A stretch of DNA of 56,786 bases from a virus (IMGVR_UViG_3300010396_000050:1-56786); one strand, 5' to 3'. Positions 44,101 through 53,090 are shown, counted from the stretch's first letter. Notes: generated by a model not told the origin, from the letters alone. Program-made: numbers and translations.

Positions 44101-46498
44101 TCGCGCCAATCGTGACGAATTGATCTCTGACGAGCGAGCCGAAGTCCGTAACGGCGTGCTCGCCCCACTTCATCGCGGTCGAGAAGTCGCCCTTCAGGAC
44201 GTAGCCTGCCGCCTTGCCGACGTCCTGGATGATCCGCCCGAGGTCGTCGAACTGACTGCCGATACCGCGTACGGCGCCCGCGAACGGTCCGGCGTACTGC
44301 GCGCCCAATCGGAAGAGATCGCCGACCCCGGTGAAGAAGCGCCGTGCTGCCGTCCCGGCGTTGCCGAGGGCACGCGGCACTTCCTGCGCGACGCCGAGCA
44401 ATCCGTTCCGGTCGTACGCCCGTTTGAAGTCGCCCATCGTGTCGAGCAGCGTGCCGACGCCATGGGCGACGCCTTGCAACGGTCCCGGCAAGGTCTTGAG
44501 CAGCTTTTCGGCATTGCCGCCGAACGCGGCCTTGAAGTAGTTCTGGAAGAGTTGCGTGTACCGCGCCGCCTTGAGCAGTCCCGCCGAGATGTCGTTCGCC
44601 CACGTGAACTTGCCACCGCCGATCTGGCCGAACGCGTAGGAGAGGGCGAGCAGGACGCGCGCAAGCCCCGTCGCCGTGCCGTAGAGCGCCTGAATGTGCT
44701 TCGTGGCACTGCCGACCCCGACATTGAACGGGTTCACCGCGTCCGTGACCCCGTTGACGCCCTTGGCAAGACCGTTCACCGCGTCACCGACCGACTTCGC
44801 GGGACCGGTGACGCCGTCGAGGCTCTTCTTCGTCGAGTCCGCCGCGCCGTTGAAGCCCTTGAGGAACCCGGCAACCTTGCCGACAGCGCCGCCGACGGCA
44901 TCGACCGTTTGCTTCATCGTCTTGAAGCCAGCCGATATCCCTTCTGCGACCCCCTTCACCGGCGCCATCGCGTCGTAGGCGAGGCCGAAGTTGTCGATGA
45001 AGTTGGAGATACCGCCGGTCAAGCCGTTCCAGGTGTCCGTGAGGTCAGACCCGATCGACCGCACCCCGTCAGCAAAGCCGAGGAAGTTCGTCTTGTAGGC
45101 GATGCCGAGGCCGATGATTGCCGCGGTGACGAGCAGAATCGGCGGGCTGAGCAGGCTGAACGAGGATGCCGCGCCTTCGGCTGCACTCGCACCACGAATC
45201 AGGGTCAACACCTCGCCGAACGCCTGCTTCATCTCGAGGATCTTCGGCAAGGCGAGACCAATGCTGCCAGCTACGAGCGCGACAACGCCAACGACGCCAC
45301 CAATCGCGGCAATCGCGGCAAGGACCGGCGTCGGCAAGCCGCTGATGACGTTGAAGAGCTTCGTCAGTCCTTCGGCGACGGTGTTGATCACGGGTTCGAG
45401 CTGCTGCCCGATCTTGATCTGGAGGACGGAGAACGCCGCGGCGAGCTGCTTGAGCTTGAACGCCGTCGTCTCCTGCTGCTTGTTCAGCGCGGTCTGCGTC
45501 GCGCCGAGGCCGTCGCTGGCGTGGTTCATCTTGTCGAGCTCGTCGGTGTACTGCTTGCCGTTGTCCTTCATGAGCAGCATCGCTGCCGCTGACGCGTTCT
45601 GCGTGCCGAGCAGATCCGTCAGCGCCGTCGCCGATCCCCCGGACGCGGTGGTCAGGAAGTCGAGGAAGCCGGGAAGGCCCTTCGATTTGATCAGCGATTC
45701 GGCGTTTGCGTACCCGTATTTCTGCACAGCCGTCGTCAGGGCGCTGGTAGGGTTGAGCGCCGAGGTCAGCAGGGCGTTGATGTCGGTCTGCGTTTCCGCG
45801 ACCGGCAGCCCGTTCTTGGTCATCAGGGCGTAAGAGGCGCCCAACTGTTCGATCGGGACGTTGAGCGCCGAGGCAATCGGGAGCGTCTGCCCCATGTACT
45901 GCGAGAGTTGCCCGAACGTGACCACGCCGTCGTTCACCGTCTGGAAGAGGACGTCCGAGGCGTGCCCGGCTTGATCGGCGCCGAGCGAATACGAGTTGAG
46001 GACGGCGGTGATGACCGCGGCAGACGTGCCGGTGTCGGAGAGCCCGGCATTCGCCGCGTTGGCGGCGGCGGTGAGGATCTTCAGCGCGTCCGCGCCGGCA
46101 AAGCCGGACGATTCGATGTCGTACAACCCGTCGGCCAACGTCGTCGGTGCCTGCCCGGTCGCTTTGGAGAGGTCAAGCACCTGGTTCGTCAGATCGGCAA
46201 GTTGGCCCTTCGTGAGTTGAGCAATCGAATTGACGTTGCCCATCGCGCCGTCGAACCCGATCGCGCCCTTCGCGGCGATCGCGAACGCGCCGGTGACCGC
46301 GAGCCCGAACCCGGCGGTGACGGCGCTGACCTTCTGGATCGACGCGCCGAACGTATTCACCTTGCCGGTCAGCGTGTCGAGGTTCTTTCCGCCGCCGGCA
46401 CCGATCCCGTTGATCGTAGTGTTGGCCTTGTTCGCCTTGCTCGTGAGGTCGGAGATGTCGAGGGTGATCTTCGCCGCAGCGGTCCCGAGGTTCAGCAT
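41156..46498 (-). CDS. Tape measure protein (TP901-like core)
   Basis: 1780 aa, Ala/Gly-rich; TP901 core motifs; Trp-periodic ~40-aa repeats. Confidence 0.95.
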   Translation of the reverse strand: MLNLGTAAAKITLDISDLTSKANKANTTINGIGAGGGKNLDTLTGKVNTFGASIQKVSAVTAGFGLAVTGAFAIAAKGAIGFDGAMGNVNSIAQLTKGQLADLTNQVLDLSKATGQAPTTLADGLYDIESSGFAGADALKILTAAANAANAGLSDTGTSAAVITAVLNSYSLGADQAGHASDVLFQTVNDGVVTFGQLSQYMGQTLPIASALNVPIEQLGASYALMTKNGLPVAETQTDINALLTSALNPTSALTTAVQKYGYANAESLIKSKGLPGFLDFLTTASGGSATALTDLLGTQNASAAAMLLMKDNGKQYTDELDKMNHASDGLGATQTALNKQQETTAFKLKQLAAAFSVLQIKIGQQLEPVINTVAEGLTKLFNVISGLPTPVLAAIAAIGGVVGVVALVAGSIGLALPKILEMKQAFGEVLTLIRGASAAEGAASSFSLLSPPILLVTAAIIGLGIAYKTNFLGFADGVRSIGSDLTDTWNGLTGGISNFIDNFGLAYDAMAPVKGVAEGISAGFKTMKQTVDAVGGAVGKVAGFLKGFNGAADSTKKSLDGVTGPAKSVGDAVNGLAKGVNGVTDAVNPFNVGVGSATKHIQALYGTATGLARVLLALSYAFGQIGGGKFTWANDISAGLLKAARYTQLFQNYFKAAFGGNAEKLLKTLPGPLQGVAHGVGTLLDTMGDFKRAYDRNGLLGVAQEVPRALGNAGTAARRFFTGVGDLFRLGAQYAGPFAGAVRGIGSQFDDLGRIIQDVGKAAGYVLKGDFSTAMKWGEHAVTDFGSLVRDQFVTIGATLTGLGTAGISLGSWVLNTVAPTITGWIADNAGNVWNGITGIAGWVWNGIVDLGQIALNIGGWLVGLAGDALDLGSAIKKWITDTALPAVAGAATDIGKVLVSISDWAVDAIGKAVDIGKSIASWVKDTALPAVAGAAVDIGKVLVSITDWGVDAIVDLGKSIGSWVKDTALPAVAGAAVDIGKVLVSISDWAVDALTDIGTSVGSWIKDTAWPAVSGAATDIGKVLVSIGDWAVDALKDIGASVGSWITGTAWPAVSSVATNIPNVAVSIVNWLVSAGAPLGDAIGKVITSTGSVISGTSLTTIESITVTVANWVVDGTDSVVGAIGKKLADADYSPLGAAISFGIIKAPFDIGKGLADAIIGIPGFIADIAKKFSTADYHSIGVAIGHGLLLIAISPFVLPVMAASIIVGFVSEMVKKASQASTYADLWNGFSDGVTAAFKDIAALATGIFDGFWDPIETSLDKVLADIKQKWGDTINTLIGYLNKLPGVSIGTIDTPKVVREKLGQHAVGGISDVAQSAVTDPRIPRIVQQSPTGTLNGPSKNGRYTDYTKDAQGNYTVPNPGDYFTPEDAHAAAAAMKKLVDAMQANDDKLKQIRDKSKDNVYPKGPDQRQPTMPGPTGAGGVGAMGGFGENAAAIAAMQKNLQNLTATSGSARKSLADFAEAGVQHATAALVGATAATGLTQSALDVLGRVHAVPKISQVGAEDVTKSAGLTEGALESIPTAWKSFLSQSGAEAVTGAAGITEGALRSIPVSWFTSVTQQGAETVRDKAYDAASALFSIPDSRFSTVDASVSGIGDVLALANAIDAVHSVTAYVNVVTTGGLNAVGKPQARGGYTDGVLTLMAEEGPELLRYPDGSMGLAREKAYYAVPAHTYVFTAPRTKNMLAGMDGAGPIPAYARGGYVRPWRAAVPTSVPTQSASRPSQTIIYRTTVVQALKSDELQHLMEQAEAGSDLATNLGPALTQIRQTASTPTVGRR

Positions 46499-46553
46499 GG
46501 CCGCTCACTCCGTTCGTTGGGTATGTCGTCATGCCAGACCATCGAGAGCTCCT

Positions 46554-46598
46554 AAACAACATGCGCGGTCCGACCGGTCTCCCGGCGGTACCGCGCAT
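46554..46598 (-). terminator. Terminator-like hairpin upstream of the tape measure gene
   Basis: AUGCGCGGU...ACCGCGCAU followed by GUUGUUU. Confidence 0.5.
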
Positions 46599-46628
46599 CA
46601 CGCGCGACATCTTCACTTCACGTTCGTC

Positions 46629-46994
46629 CTAGAACAGGACGGGCAAGTCGTCTTCCAGTGCCGCGACGGCGATGGCCATCTCTGCGGCGGTCAGTGGCGG
46701 CGGGTCGGGTGTCACGTCGGGCTGGTAGAGGGCGAGGATGTCGTCGGGACTCGCGTACTTCGGCACCCAGTCCTCGCCCTCTTTGAGCTTATCGGAGGCC
46801 GGAATCTTCCCCTTCATACGTGCTTCGCTCATCCGCTCGAACCACTGCATGAAGTCCTTCAGACTCTCGTCGAGGCTGAAGCGCATCGTTGCGGAATACC
46901 GCAGCTCCCGCATGTCCAGCAGGTCCGACGGGCGCACGCCCCAGTACTTCGCGGTCGTCCCGATCCGCCACATCGTCAGCGGGTCCTGGACGAA
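46629..46994 (-). CDS. Tail assembly chaperone, C-terminal (T) frame
   Basis: Overlapping frame FVQDPLTMWRIG...WGVRPSDLL just upstream of the tape measure gene. Confidence 0.65.
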   Translation of the reverse strand, partial: FVQDPLTMWRIGTTAKYWGVRPSDLLDMRELRYSATMRFSLDESLKDFMQWFERMSEARMKGKIPASDKLKEGEDWVPKYASPDDILALYQPDVTPDPPPLTAAEMAIAVAALEDDLPVLF

Positions 46995-47493
46995 ACGTCT
47001 CGAAGAGCCGGGCCTGCGCACTTTCCGCGTCATTGCATGCGAACAAGAACGCGATGCGATCCTCGGGCTTGATCCGTTCAACATGGAGGATGCCGTTCGC
47101 CACATCTTCATCCCGCTGATCGAGGACGATCTTGGGATAGATGAACGCCGCCAGGCAGTAGTAGTTTGCGGACTTCAGCGTGGCCTCGTTGTTCGCAAAA
47201 ACCTGGTTGATATCCCGCGCTTCTACCCCATCCTCCTGCATCTTCTGGATTGCCTTGTTGTTATCGCGAAGACTCTTCCAGACAAATTCCTGAATGTCGC
47301 TGGGAAGCACACCGAGTGACGCGCGGTCCATGAAGTTCAGGCGACGCACCAGTGCTTTCCAAACGGTCTTCTTGCCGACGGATGACGCGTGGAGCGGGAA
47401 GAGGAATTCCCGCTCGTTCTGGTGTTCGATGAAGTCATCAAGGTTGAAGTCAACGGCCTTGCGAAAGCTTTCAATGTGGGTGCTACTGACCAT
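46789..47493 (-). CDS. Tail assembly chaperone (G)
   Basis: Between the major tail and tape measure genes; AGGAG SD. Confidence 0.75.
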   Translation of the reverse strand: MVSSTHIESFRKAVDFNLDDFIEHQNEREFLFPLHASSVGKKTVWKALVRRLNFMDRASLGVLPSDIQEFVWKSLRDNNKAIQKMQEDGVEARDINQVFANNEATLKSANYYCLAAFIYPKIVLDQRDEDVANGILHVERIKPEDRIAFLFACNDAESAQARLFETFRPGPADDVADRDDREVLGRAPVGPAGHAGAAVFRNDALQPRRESEGLHAVVRADERSTYEGEDSGLR

Positions 47494-47555
47494 GGGTGTC
47501 GTCTCCTGTCGCGCATCACGCGCATGTCGAGTCGATGAAGGGTGTCAGGCTAGGA

Positions 47556-48128
47556 TCAGGACGCCGGCGCCGTCAGGTTGACCGGCATCACGCCTGCGGT
47601 GAAGACGGGTGCGGTCGCCATCCATTCGTAGATGATCAGCGGGTCATCCCCGACCGGCGTCGCGTTGGTGCTCGCCGTCCACATGCCGGTCGACTCCTGA
47701 CCGCCCGACTTGGAAGCCGGAGAAGCGGAGGTGTGCGGCGTGGTCGTGCGGAGTCCGGCGACGTCCGGGTTGTGGCCACGGTCGACGTTCGGCTCCCACT
47801 TCGAGATGATGAAGTCGGTCGGGACAAAGACGCCCGGCTGTTCGTAGCGATCGATCACGGTTCCCGCCGTGCCACTGGACGAAACGGTACCGCCGTTGAT
47901 GATCCCGAGGACGGCGGAATTGCCGTCGATCCACGTCAGGTCGCCGCTCAGGTCAGGCGAGGCGTAGGCGGTGTAGTAGGTCGTGCCGTCGGCCTTGACC
48001 GGGGTCGGGGACGCCGAGATCGTCGGCTCCCAGTCCACAGAGCCGGGGACATCGACGAATGTCGGCGTGGCGCCAACGAGCCCCACCTGGACGTGTTGTG
48101 TGTTGTAACTCACGGTTCCGCTGGTCAT
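47556..48128 (-). CDS. Major tail protein
   Basis: Position, size, T/S/G-rich beta composition, AAGGAG SD. Confidence 0.75.
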   Translation of the reverse strand: MTSGTVSYNTQHVQVGLVGATPTFVDVPGSVDWEPTISASPTPVKADGTTYYTAYASPDLSGDLTWIDGNSAVLGIINGGTVSSSGTAGTVIDRYEQPGVFVPTDFIISKWEPNVDRGHNPDVAGLRTTTPHTSASPASKSGGQESTGMWTASTNATPVGDDPLIIYEWMATAPVFTAGVMPVNLTAPAS

Positions 48129-48131
48129 CGG

Positions 48132-48332
48132 TTACTCCTTGTTCGGTGTGGACTCGTATTCGGTCCACTGCATGTGCGAATGAAGATCGGCGACGTGATA
48201 GGCCGCTTGGTGATTGGCCTTGGCGAGGGCAGCGTCGGGGCAATTGCGATCCCGGCACCGCCAGCGAATAAAGCGGTCATCGACGATAACGAACGAGGTG
48301 CGACCGCCGCACCCTACCGGGACCCAACCGAT
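48132..48332 (-). CDS. Small Cys-rich protein (start uncertain)
   Basis: VGCGG...IRWRCRDRNCPD...YHV. Confidence 0.4.
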   Translation of the reverse strand: MGWVPVGCGGRTSFVIVDDRFIRWRCRDRNCPDAALAKANHQAAYHVADLHSHMQWTEYESTPNKE

Positions 48333-48901
48333 CCCCCGCGAACGTAGTGCTTGCGTGTCAGGTCTTTCCGATACCGCAACGCCTCGTCCGGGTTGGTAAA
48401 GGTCAGGCGTTCCGTCACCGGCAAGTCCCACGCCCGTTTCACCGTCCACGGGCCGTAGACATCGGCATTCTGGAACCAGAGCCGCGCCTTCGGATGACGC
48501 CGGATGACCTCGACATCGGCATCGCTCACCGTTTGTGTCCATCCGTTCGCCAACCTCCAGACGTATGTCGTCTCCAGTGGGAGCGTGACATCCATCATCT
48601 GCAACCGGTCCGTGACCGGACGAATCTGATCGCGCTGTGCGTCGTACGCCTTGCCCCGTTCGGTCTTGGAGAACCACTGCCACGCCGGGATCGTGCGCGG
48701 GTCTTCCGAAAGGATGTCGCGCCCGATGAAGTGGACGATGTAGCCCTCCCAGCGGGGCGCGACGGCGCCGAGTTCGGCCTTCGCCATCTCCTGGATGCCG
48801 GTGATCGAGACGTGCGGGTAGAGACGTCGCAGGTGCTCCACGAACAGATCCATGTTGCGCCGTTGAATGTCCTTGCCCAGAAACTCAAGGTTCACCGGCA
48901 T
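48314..48901 (-). CDS. Hypothetical protein in the head-tail region
   Basis: 195-aa ORF in the late operon. Confidence 0.6.
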   Translation of the reverse strand: MPVNLEFLGKDIQRRNMDLFVEHLRRLYPHVSITGIQEMAKAELGAVAPRWEGYIVHFIGRDILSEDPRTIPAWQWFSKTERGKAYDAQRDQIRPVTDRLQMMDVTLPLETTYVWRLANGWTQTVSDADVEVIRRHPKARLWFQNADVYGPWTVKRAWDLPVTERLTFTNPDEALRYRKDLTRKHYVRGGSVGSR

Positions 48902-48905
48902 TGCG

Positions 48906-49130
48906 TTACCCTTCCGCTCGTTTGGACATCACGCCCCGCGAGTAGACCCATCCCGCCGGGACGTGCCCGGTCTCGTGGAAGGTCGCCAGCGCCTTGTCTG
49001 CGGCAGCCGTTTCGGCCTTGGTCGGATCCTTGGCGGCAGGCGTTGCCCGCTTCGCCTTGGTGGCCGTCTTCGGCGTCGTGGTGACGGTCGTTGTCTCTGC
49101 TGATGTCGTCGCGTCGTCCGTATTGGGCAT
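48906..49130 (-). CDS. Small T/K/A-rich protein
   Basis: AAGGAGG SD. Confidence 0.55.
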   Translation of the reverse strand: MPNTDDATTSAETTTVTTTPKTATKAKRATPAAKDPTKAETAAADKALATFHETGHVPAGWVYSRGVMSKRAEG

Positions 49131-49141
49131 TGCTGCCTCCT

Positions 49142-49579
49142 TTACCACCGGCTCACCGCGAGGATGGACCCCGCGCTAAAGGTCAGCCGGTCAAAGACCA
49201 TGTCCTTGACGATGGTTTTGCCGACACGCCCGGCGTGGAACGCCTGCGCGCCCGTGACGGGGTCCTGCCAGCCATGCAGGACGTCCGTCACCCGTCCGAT
49301 CAGGGTGTCCACCGCCGCGTAGCCCGCATCCGAGAGCGGCGCGAAGGCGTAGATGTGGATCACCTCCCGTGTCATCGCCGGGCCGTCAAGCGATGAGCGC
49401 AGACTCCCCCGATCGAGGATCGAGAGAGCCGGTATGACCATGCCGTCCGCGTCGAAAGCGGCAGGGGACGCAAGTCGTCCCGCCGCCCGGATGTCGTAGG
49501 GATAGAGCCCTCCTGTCGCGGTCGCCGCGATCACGCTATCGGCGCTCAGTGCGGCGATGATGGACGTCGAGGGGATCAC
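49142..49579 (-). CDS. Tail terminator-like protein
   Basis: Position; ...IHIYA...I.RV.DVLHG pattern. Confidence 0.6.
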   Translation of the reverse strand: MIPSTSIIAALSADSVIAATATGGLYPYDIRAAGRLASPAAFDADGMVIPALSILDRGSLRSSLDGPAMTREVIHIYAFAPLSDAGYAAVDTLIGRVTDVLHGWQDPVTGAQAFHAGRVGKTIVKDMVFDRLTFSAGSILAVSRW

Positions 49580-49950
49580 GAGTGACCGCCCAGCAGTCCG
49601 TCGACCACCTTGACCGCATCGTCGAAGTACTCGGTCGCCGTCACCTGTGCCGCGGGCTCCAGAAACGGGCGCGCGGCCATGTGTTTCGTTCCGAGTTCAA
49701 CATCCGGCGCGTACTCCATCGTCGCGCCGATCTCGATCGTCGTGCCCTCCGCAACGCCGTACGTCGACTGGCGGAGGTTACCCGTCCGGTCGGTGTAGGC
49801 CGTTGTCGCCTTGGCGAGGGTTTCGCCGCGGCTAGCGTGGTACTGCGCCAGTTCATCGCACGCGGCTTCCGCCTTGCCCGAGAGCGCCGTGAGATGAGCA
49901 CCGATCTGCTGCGAGGGCTTGATCACCCAGCGGAACTCCGTGTTCGCCAT
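49576..49950 (-). CDS. HK97 gp10-like tail completion protein
   Basis: DRTGNLRQS, YAPDVELGT, ARPFLEPA. Confidence 0.85.
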   Translation of the reverse strand: MANTEFRWVIKPSQQIGAHLTALSGKAEAACDELAQYHASRGETLAKATTAYTDRTGNLRQSTYGVAEGTTIEIGATMEYAPDVELGTKHMAARPFLEPAAQVTATEYFDDAVKVVDGLLGGHS

Positions 49951-50333
49951 CAGACGTTGCCTTCCGCGAGTTCAAACCCGGCGTCAACCACGCCGAAGCG
50001 CGCTGGCATGACCGAGGTGATGCGGAAATGCCGCCCTTGCCACGTGAACCGGTCGTCGAGCTGGATCGGCAACGGTGCGAATCCCAGCAGCGATCCGAGC
50101 TTGTCCGTCTGGTCCATGCCCATGTTCTCCCCGCTCGCGATCGGGAAACGGTTGACAAACGCGATCCGGATCAGGTTGACCGTGAGCACATCCGCCATCG
50201 CGCCGGCGACAATCCGCCGGAAGGTGACGACCGGTTGCGGGTCCTGCACCTCCTGGATCGAGTGGAAGCCCTTGTCGAAGGCGTTCGCGATCTCCGCGAG
50301 GTTGCGGGCGGTGAGGAAGCTCTGCGTGCTCAT
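49950..50333 (-). CDS. Head-tail stopper-like protein
   Basis: Position; IQLDDRFTWQGRHFRITSV. Confidence 0.6.
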   Translation of the reverse strand: MSTQSFLTARNLAEIANAFDKGFHSIQEVQDPQPVVTFRRIVAGAMADVLTVNLIRIAFVNRFPIASGENMGMDQTDKLGSLLGFAPLPIQLDDRFTWQGRHFRITSVMPARFGVVDAGFELAEGNV

Positions 50334-50722
50334 CAGAAGTCCTGCCCGTCCACGACCATCTGGCCGACCGTCGAAATCGTGAACAGTCGTCGCCGGATGA
50401 CCGGGTCCATCAGGTCGGCACGGTCACGCAACCATGTGGCGTTCGCCCGGAGCGTCTTTGCGCGGTCGCCCCACCCGATCGTCATGTCGTTGGTTGCGCC
50501 AAAGTTGACGATGTTCTGGTCGAGGATCTCCGCAACCTGCACCGACATGTCCGCCGTCGCCCGCAGCCCCTGGTACGAGAAGGCGGAGTCGGCGCCGTAC
50601 ATGGCGATCACGGCGTCGTACGTCGCATCGGGCACAAGCTCCGTTGCGGCATCGTTCGATGTGTCCGTGGTCGCTTTTCGGATGTAGTCGCGCAGTGTTG
50701 GCAACGTTGGATCGTACGACAT
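50333..50722 (-). CDS. Head-tail adaptor-like protein
   Basis: SYDP...DYIR...TDT; position. Confidence 0.6.
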   Translation of the reverse strand: MSYDPTLPTLRDYIRKATTDTSNDAATELVPDATYDAVIAMYGADSAFSYQGLRATADMSVQVAEILDQNIVNFGATNDMTIGWGDRAKTLRANATWLRDRADLMDPVIRRRLFTISTVGQMVVDGQDF

Positions 50723-50732
50723 GTCGCGCCCC

Positions 50733-50948
50733 TCAGTCCGGCGTCCAGCGGATGCGGTCGTGGAACTCAGGCGGCAGCGGATCGACCTGATAGCGCTCGT
50801 GCTCCCAGTCAACGACCGGTTGCCATGCCGCTTTCAGGGCGACGTGCGCATCCACCGAGCCGCGCAGCCGGATCGCGTTGTCACGCTCCCACTGGATGCG
50901 AGCCCGGTTGTTGCTGCGCCAGAGTTCCGCCCGTGCTTCCTCGTCCAT
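50733..50948 (-). CDS. Hypothetical protein
   Basis: Small ORF in the late operon. Confidence 0.45.
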   Translation of the reverse strand: MDEEARAELWRSNNRARIQWERDNAIRLRGSVDAHVALKAAWQPVVDWEHERYQVDPLPPEFHDRIRWTPD

Positions 50949-50950
50949 GA

Positions 50951-51355
50951 CTAGGCCCGCGAGAGCGTAATCGTGACAAGCCCACCGGGATCGGCGAGCC
51001 CGGTGCCCACGCTGTCCGACTGCCACGCCAGCACGTCACCCGCGGCGACGGCAAGATTCGCGGCGGTGCCGGAGAGCGTGATCGCGGTCTCGTCGTAAGC
51101 GGCGGCATTAGTGCCGCTGTTGAACTGGAGCGTGGCGACCACGGTCGTACCGGTGCCGTCCTGCTTGCGGTTGTAGAGCGTCAGCTTGCGCGTATTGGTC
51201 GCGGCGCCAGTAATGGCGACACTCGCGGCGTAGGTGACGCCGGTTACGGTGCCATCGAACGGCGCGACGGCGACGGCGATACCTGCGCTGGACGCCTGCG
51301 CGACGGCCGCGCCGGGGTAGGAATAGACTTTGATGAACGGTGCTGCAAGACTCAT
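50951..51355 (-). CDS. Putative capsid decoration protein
   Basis: Beta-rich; directly after the capsid gene; AAGGAGG SD. Confidence 0.55.
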   Translation of the reverse strand: MSLAAPFIKVYSYPGAAVAQASSAGIAVAVAPFDGTVTGVTYAASVAITGAATNTRKLTLYNRKQDGTGTTVVATLQFNSGTNAAAYDETAITLSGTAANLAVAAGDVLAWQSDSVGTGLADPGGLVTITLSRA

Positions 51356-51382
51356 AAGATCGCCTCCTTCAGGCACGACCGG

Positions 51383-52324
51383 TTAGGACGCCGGGCTGGT
51401 CATCACGGCGAACGGATAGCGCAAGCTCTTGTCTTCCTGCTGGTAGTTGATCGTGTTCGCCACCGCAAAGGCGCAGCGGAAGACCATGCGAAGACCGATC
51501 ATGTCCTGTTGGGCGAAGTTATAGATCGTCGATCCGTCCGCCCCCTGGATGGTGGCTTCTGTCAGGATCTTCCAAGTGAAGTCCTGGCGGATACCAAGGA
51601 TGCCCTGCCGGAAGTCGCCGGTGATCATCTCTGGCGCGCTCAGGCCGGCGGGCCAGAGTCCTTCAAGCGGATACGTGACGGGGATGCCGTAGACCTCAGT
51701 CGGCGAAAGCTCGTCGAGGCGCTCACCCTGCACGTCACGGGCGTTCCGGAGATTGCCCTTGTACGTGACGTTGGCGATCACGCCGGATGGGTTGTAGCCT
51801 TCGGCCTCGACGGTCTTGAAGAGGTCCGAAATATCGCCGGCCAGCGATCCGTGCGCAGCGTCATGCGTCCCGCGGACGACCACGTTGCTGGCTGCCGTGG
51901 CGCCGCTCACGATAGAGGGGTCCCACGTGCCGGGCTTGCCGACGCCAAAGAAGATGGCGTTGTCGATCGCGCGAATCGCCGAGTTGACGGCGAGCGGCTT
52001 GACCGCGCCCCAGATGTCGTACTCGCTGTCGTCGAGGACGGCCTCCGGGATCGGGATGATGGTCGCCAACTCTTCGACGTTGAGGTATTTGTTCGACCAG
52101 CTCATGTCGGTCGTCTGCTTGAGACCGGTTTCCCCGTTGACAAAGTAGGACATCGGCAGGGTCTCGATAACCGGCAGTCGGGTCTGGTTCCGTGCCATCT
52201 GGACGGTGCGGAACAGCGACATCGCAGCACTGTTGGTGGTGATATTGGTCAGGAGGTCGCGCGAGACGTCCTCGGTGTTCAGCGCCGAGACAAGTGCGCG
52301 CTCCATGTTGGCGTCAAATGCCAT
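51383..52324 (-). CDS. Major capsid protein (HK97 fold)
   Basis: YFVNGE, EELATIIPIPEAVLDDS, ITGDF, NFAQQDMIGLR. Confidence 0.92.
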   Translation of the reverse strand: MAFDANMERALVSALNTEDVSRDLLTNITTNSAAMSLFRTVQMARNQTRLPVIETLPMSYFVNGETGLKQTTDMSWSNKYLNVEELATIIPIPEAVLDDSEYDIWGAVKPLAVNSAIRAIDNAIFFGVGKPGTWDPSIVSGATAASNVVVRGTHDAAHGSLAGDISDLFKTVEAEGYNPSGVIANVTYKGNLRNARDVQGERLDELSPTEVYGIPVTYPLEGLWPAGLSAPEMITGDFRQGILGIRQDFTWKILTEATIQGADGSTIYNFAQQDMIGLRMVFRCAFAVANTINYQQEDKSLRYPFAVMTSPAS

Positions 52325-52371
52325 GCGTCATCTCTTTCGTTGGCACGTCGGGACAGCATGGTCACCGACGT

Positions 52372-52929
52372 CTAGGATGTTCGCCCCGCCAAATGGCGAA
52401 GAGCTGCGTTGATATCGGTCTTGGGGGCTTTGTCCTGCCCCTTGCCGCCGTCCCCTGATCCCTGCGCGGCGCGGAACAAGGACGGCTCGTCCTTCTTGGC
52501 CTGAGCAATCAGGGCGTTGATATTGGTGGGTTCGCCGTTGTCGTCGTATTCGAGATCGGGGGTAATCAGCGCCATCACCAGCCGGGTTGACGTCGCGTTA
52601 GCCTTCTGTGCGGCCTCGGTGATCGCCACTCTGGCATTGGCTGCGCGTAGACGGTTTTCGGCTGCGGTTGCCCGCTCCTCTGCCGCCTTCTGCGCTGCCT
52701 GACTCCGCTCCGTCTCGGTCTTGTCCTTGTTCTCGAATTCGGCGACCTTGGCCTGAAGCGCCTTCAGGTCCCGTTCGGCCTTGCGGCGGGCATCGCGCTC
52801 CGCCTTGATCGCTGCCGCGCCCTTGTCGCCGAGGTCGCTGCTGGTCGTGGTCGTCTGGTCTGTGCTCTGATCGTCGACGCCGGCATCGCGCTCGTCCGTC
52901 TGATCGGTTGTGGTCTGGTCGTCAGACAT
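52372..52929 (-). CDS. Capsid scaffolding protein
   Basis: Acidic N-terminus, LGDKGAAAIKAERDARR coiled coil; precedes the capsid gene. Confidence 0.85.
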   Translation of the reverse strand: MSDDQTTTDQTDERDAGVDDQSTDQTTTTSSDLGDKGAAAIKAERDARRKAERDLKALQAKVAEFENKDKTETERSQAAQKAAEERATAAENRLRAANARVAITEAAQKANATSTRLVMALITPDLEYDDNGEPTNINALIAQAKKDEPSLFRAAQGSGDGGKGQDKAPKTDINAALRHLAGRTS

Positions 52930-52967
52930 CGCGTCTGTGCTCCCGTGGTATCCGGCATCGCGCCGAA

Positions 52968-53090
52968 CGCAAAAATGCCCGCTCCCGGTGAGAGCAGGCG
53001 GTGCGCTTTCGCGGCGGCGTGCACTTCCAAGAGCGGGCGATGCCAACGGTGTCGTTGGGTGGCCCTATGGGCTATACGTTCATTATGACA
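52968..53090 (-). promoter_or_regulatory. Late promoter with structured leader and intrinsic terminator
   Basis: TGtCATAAT at 53090-53082; GCCUGCUCUC...GGGAGCGGGC-AUUUUU before the scaffold gene. Confidence 0.6.

Noticed and set aside
43937-45592. Long plus-strand ORFs opposite structural genes (also 34525, 32685, 51509)
   Set aside because: Antisense shadow ORFs expected from high-GC codon bias.
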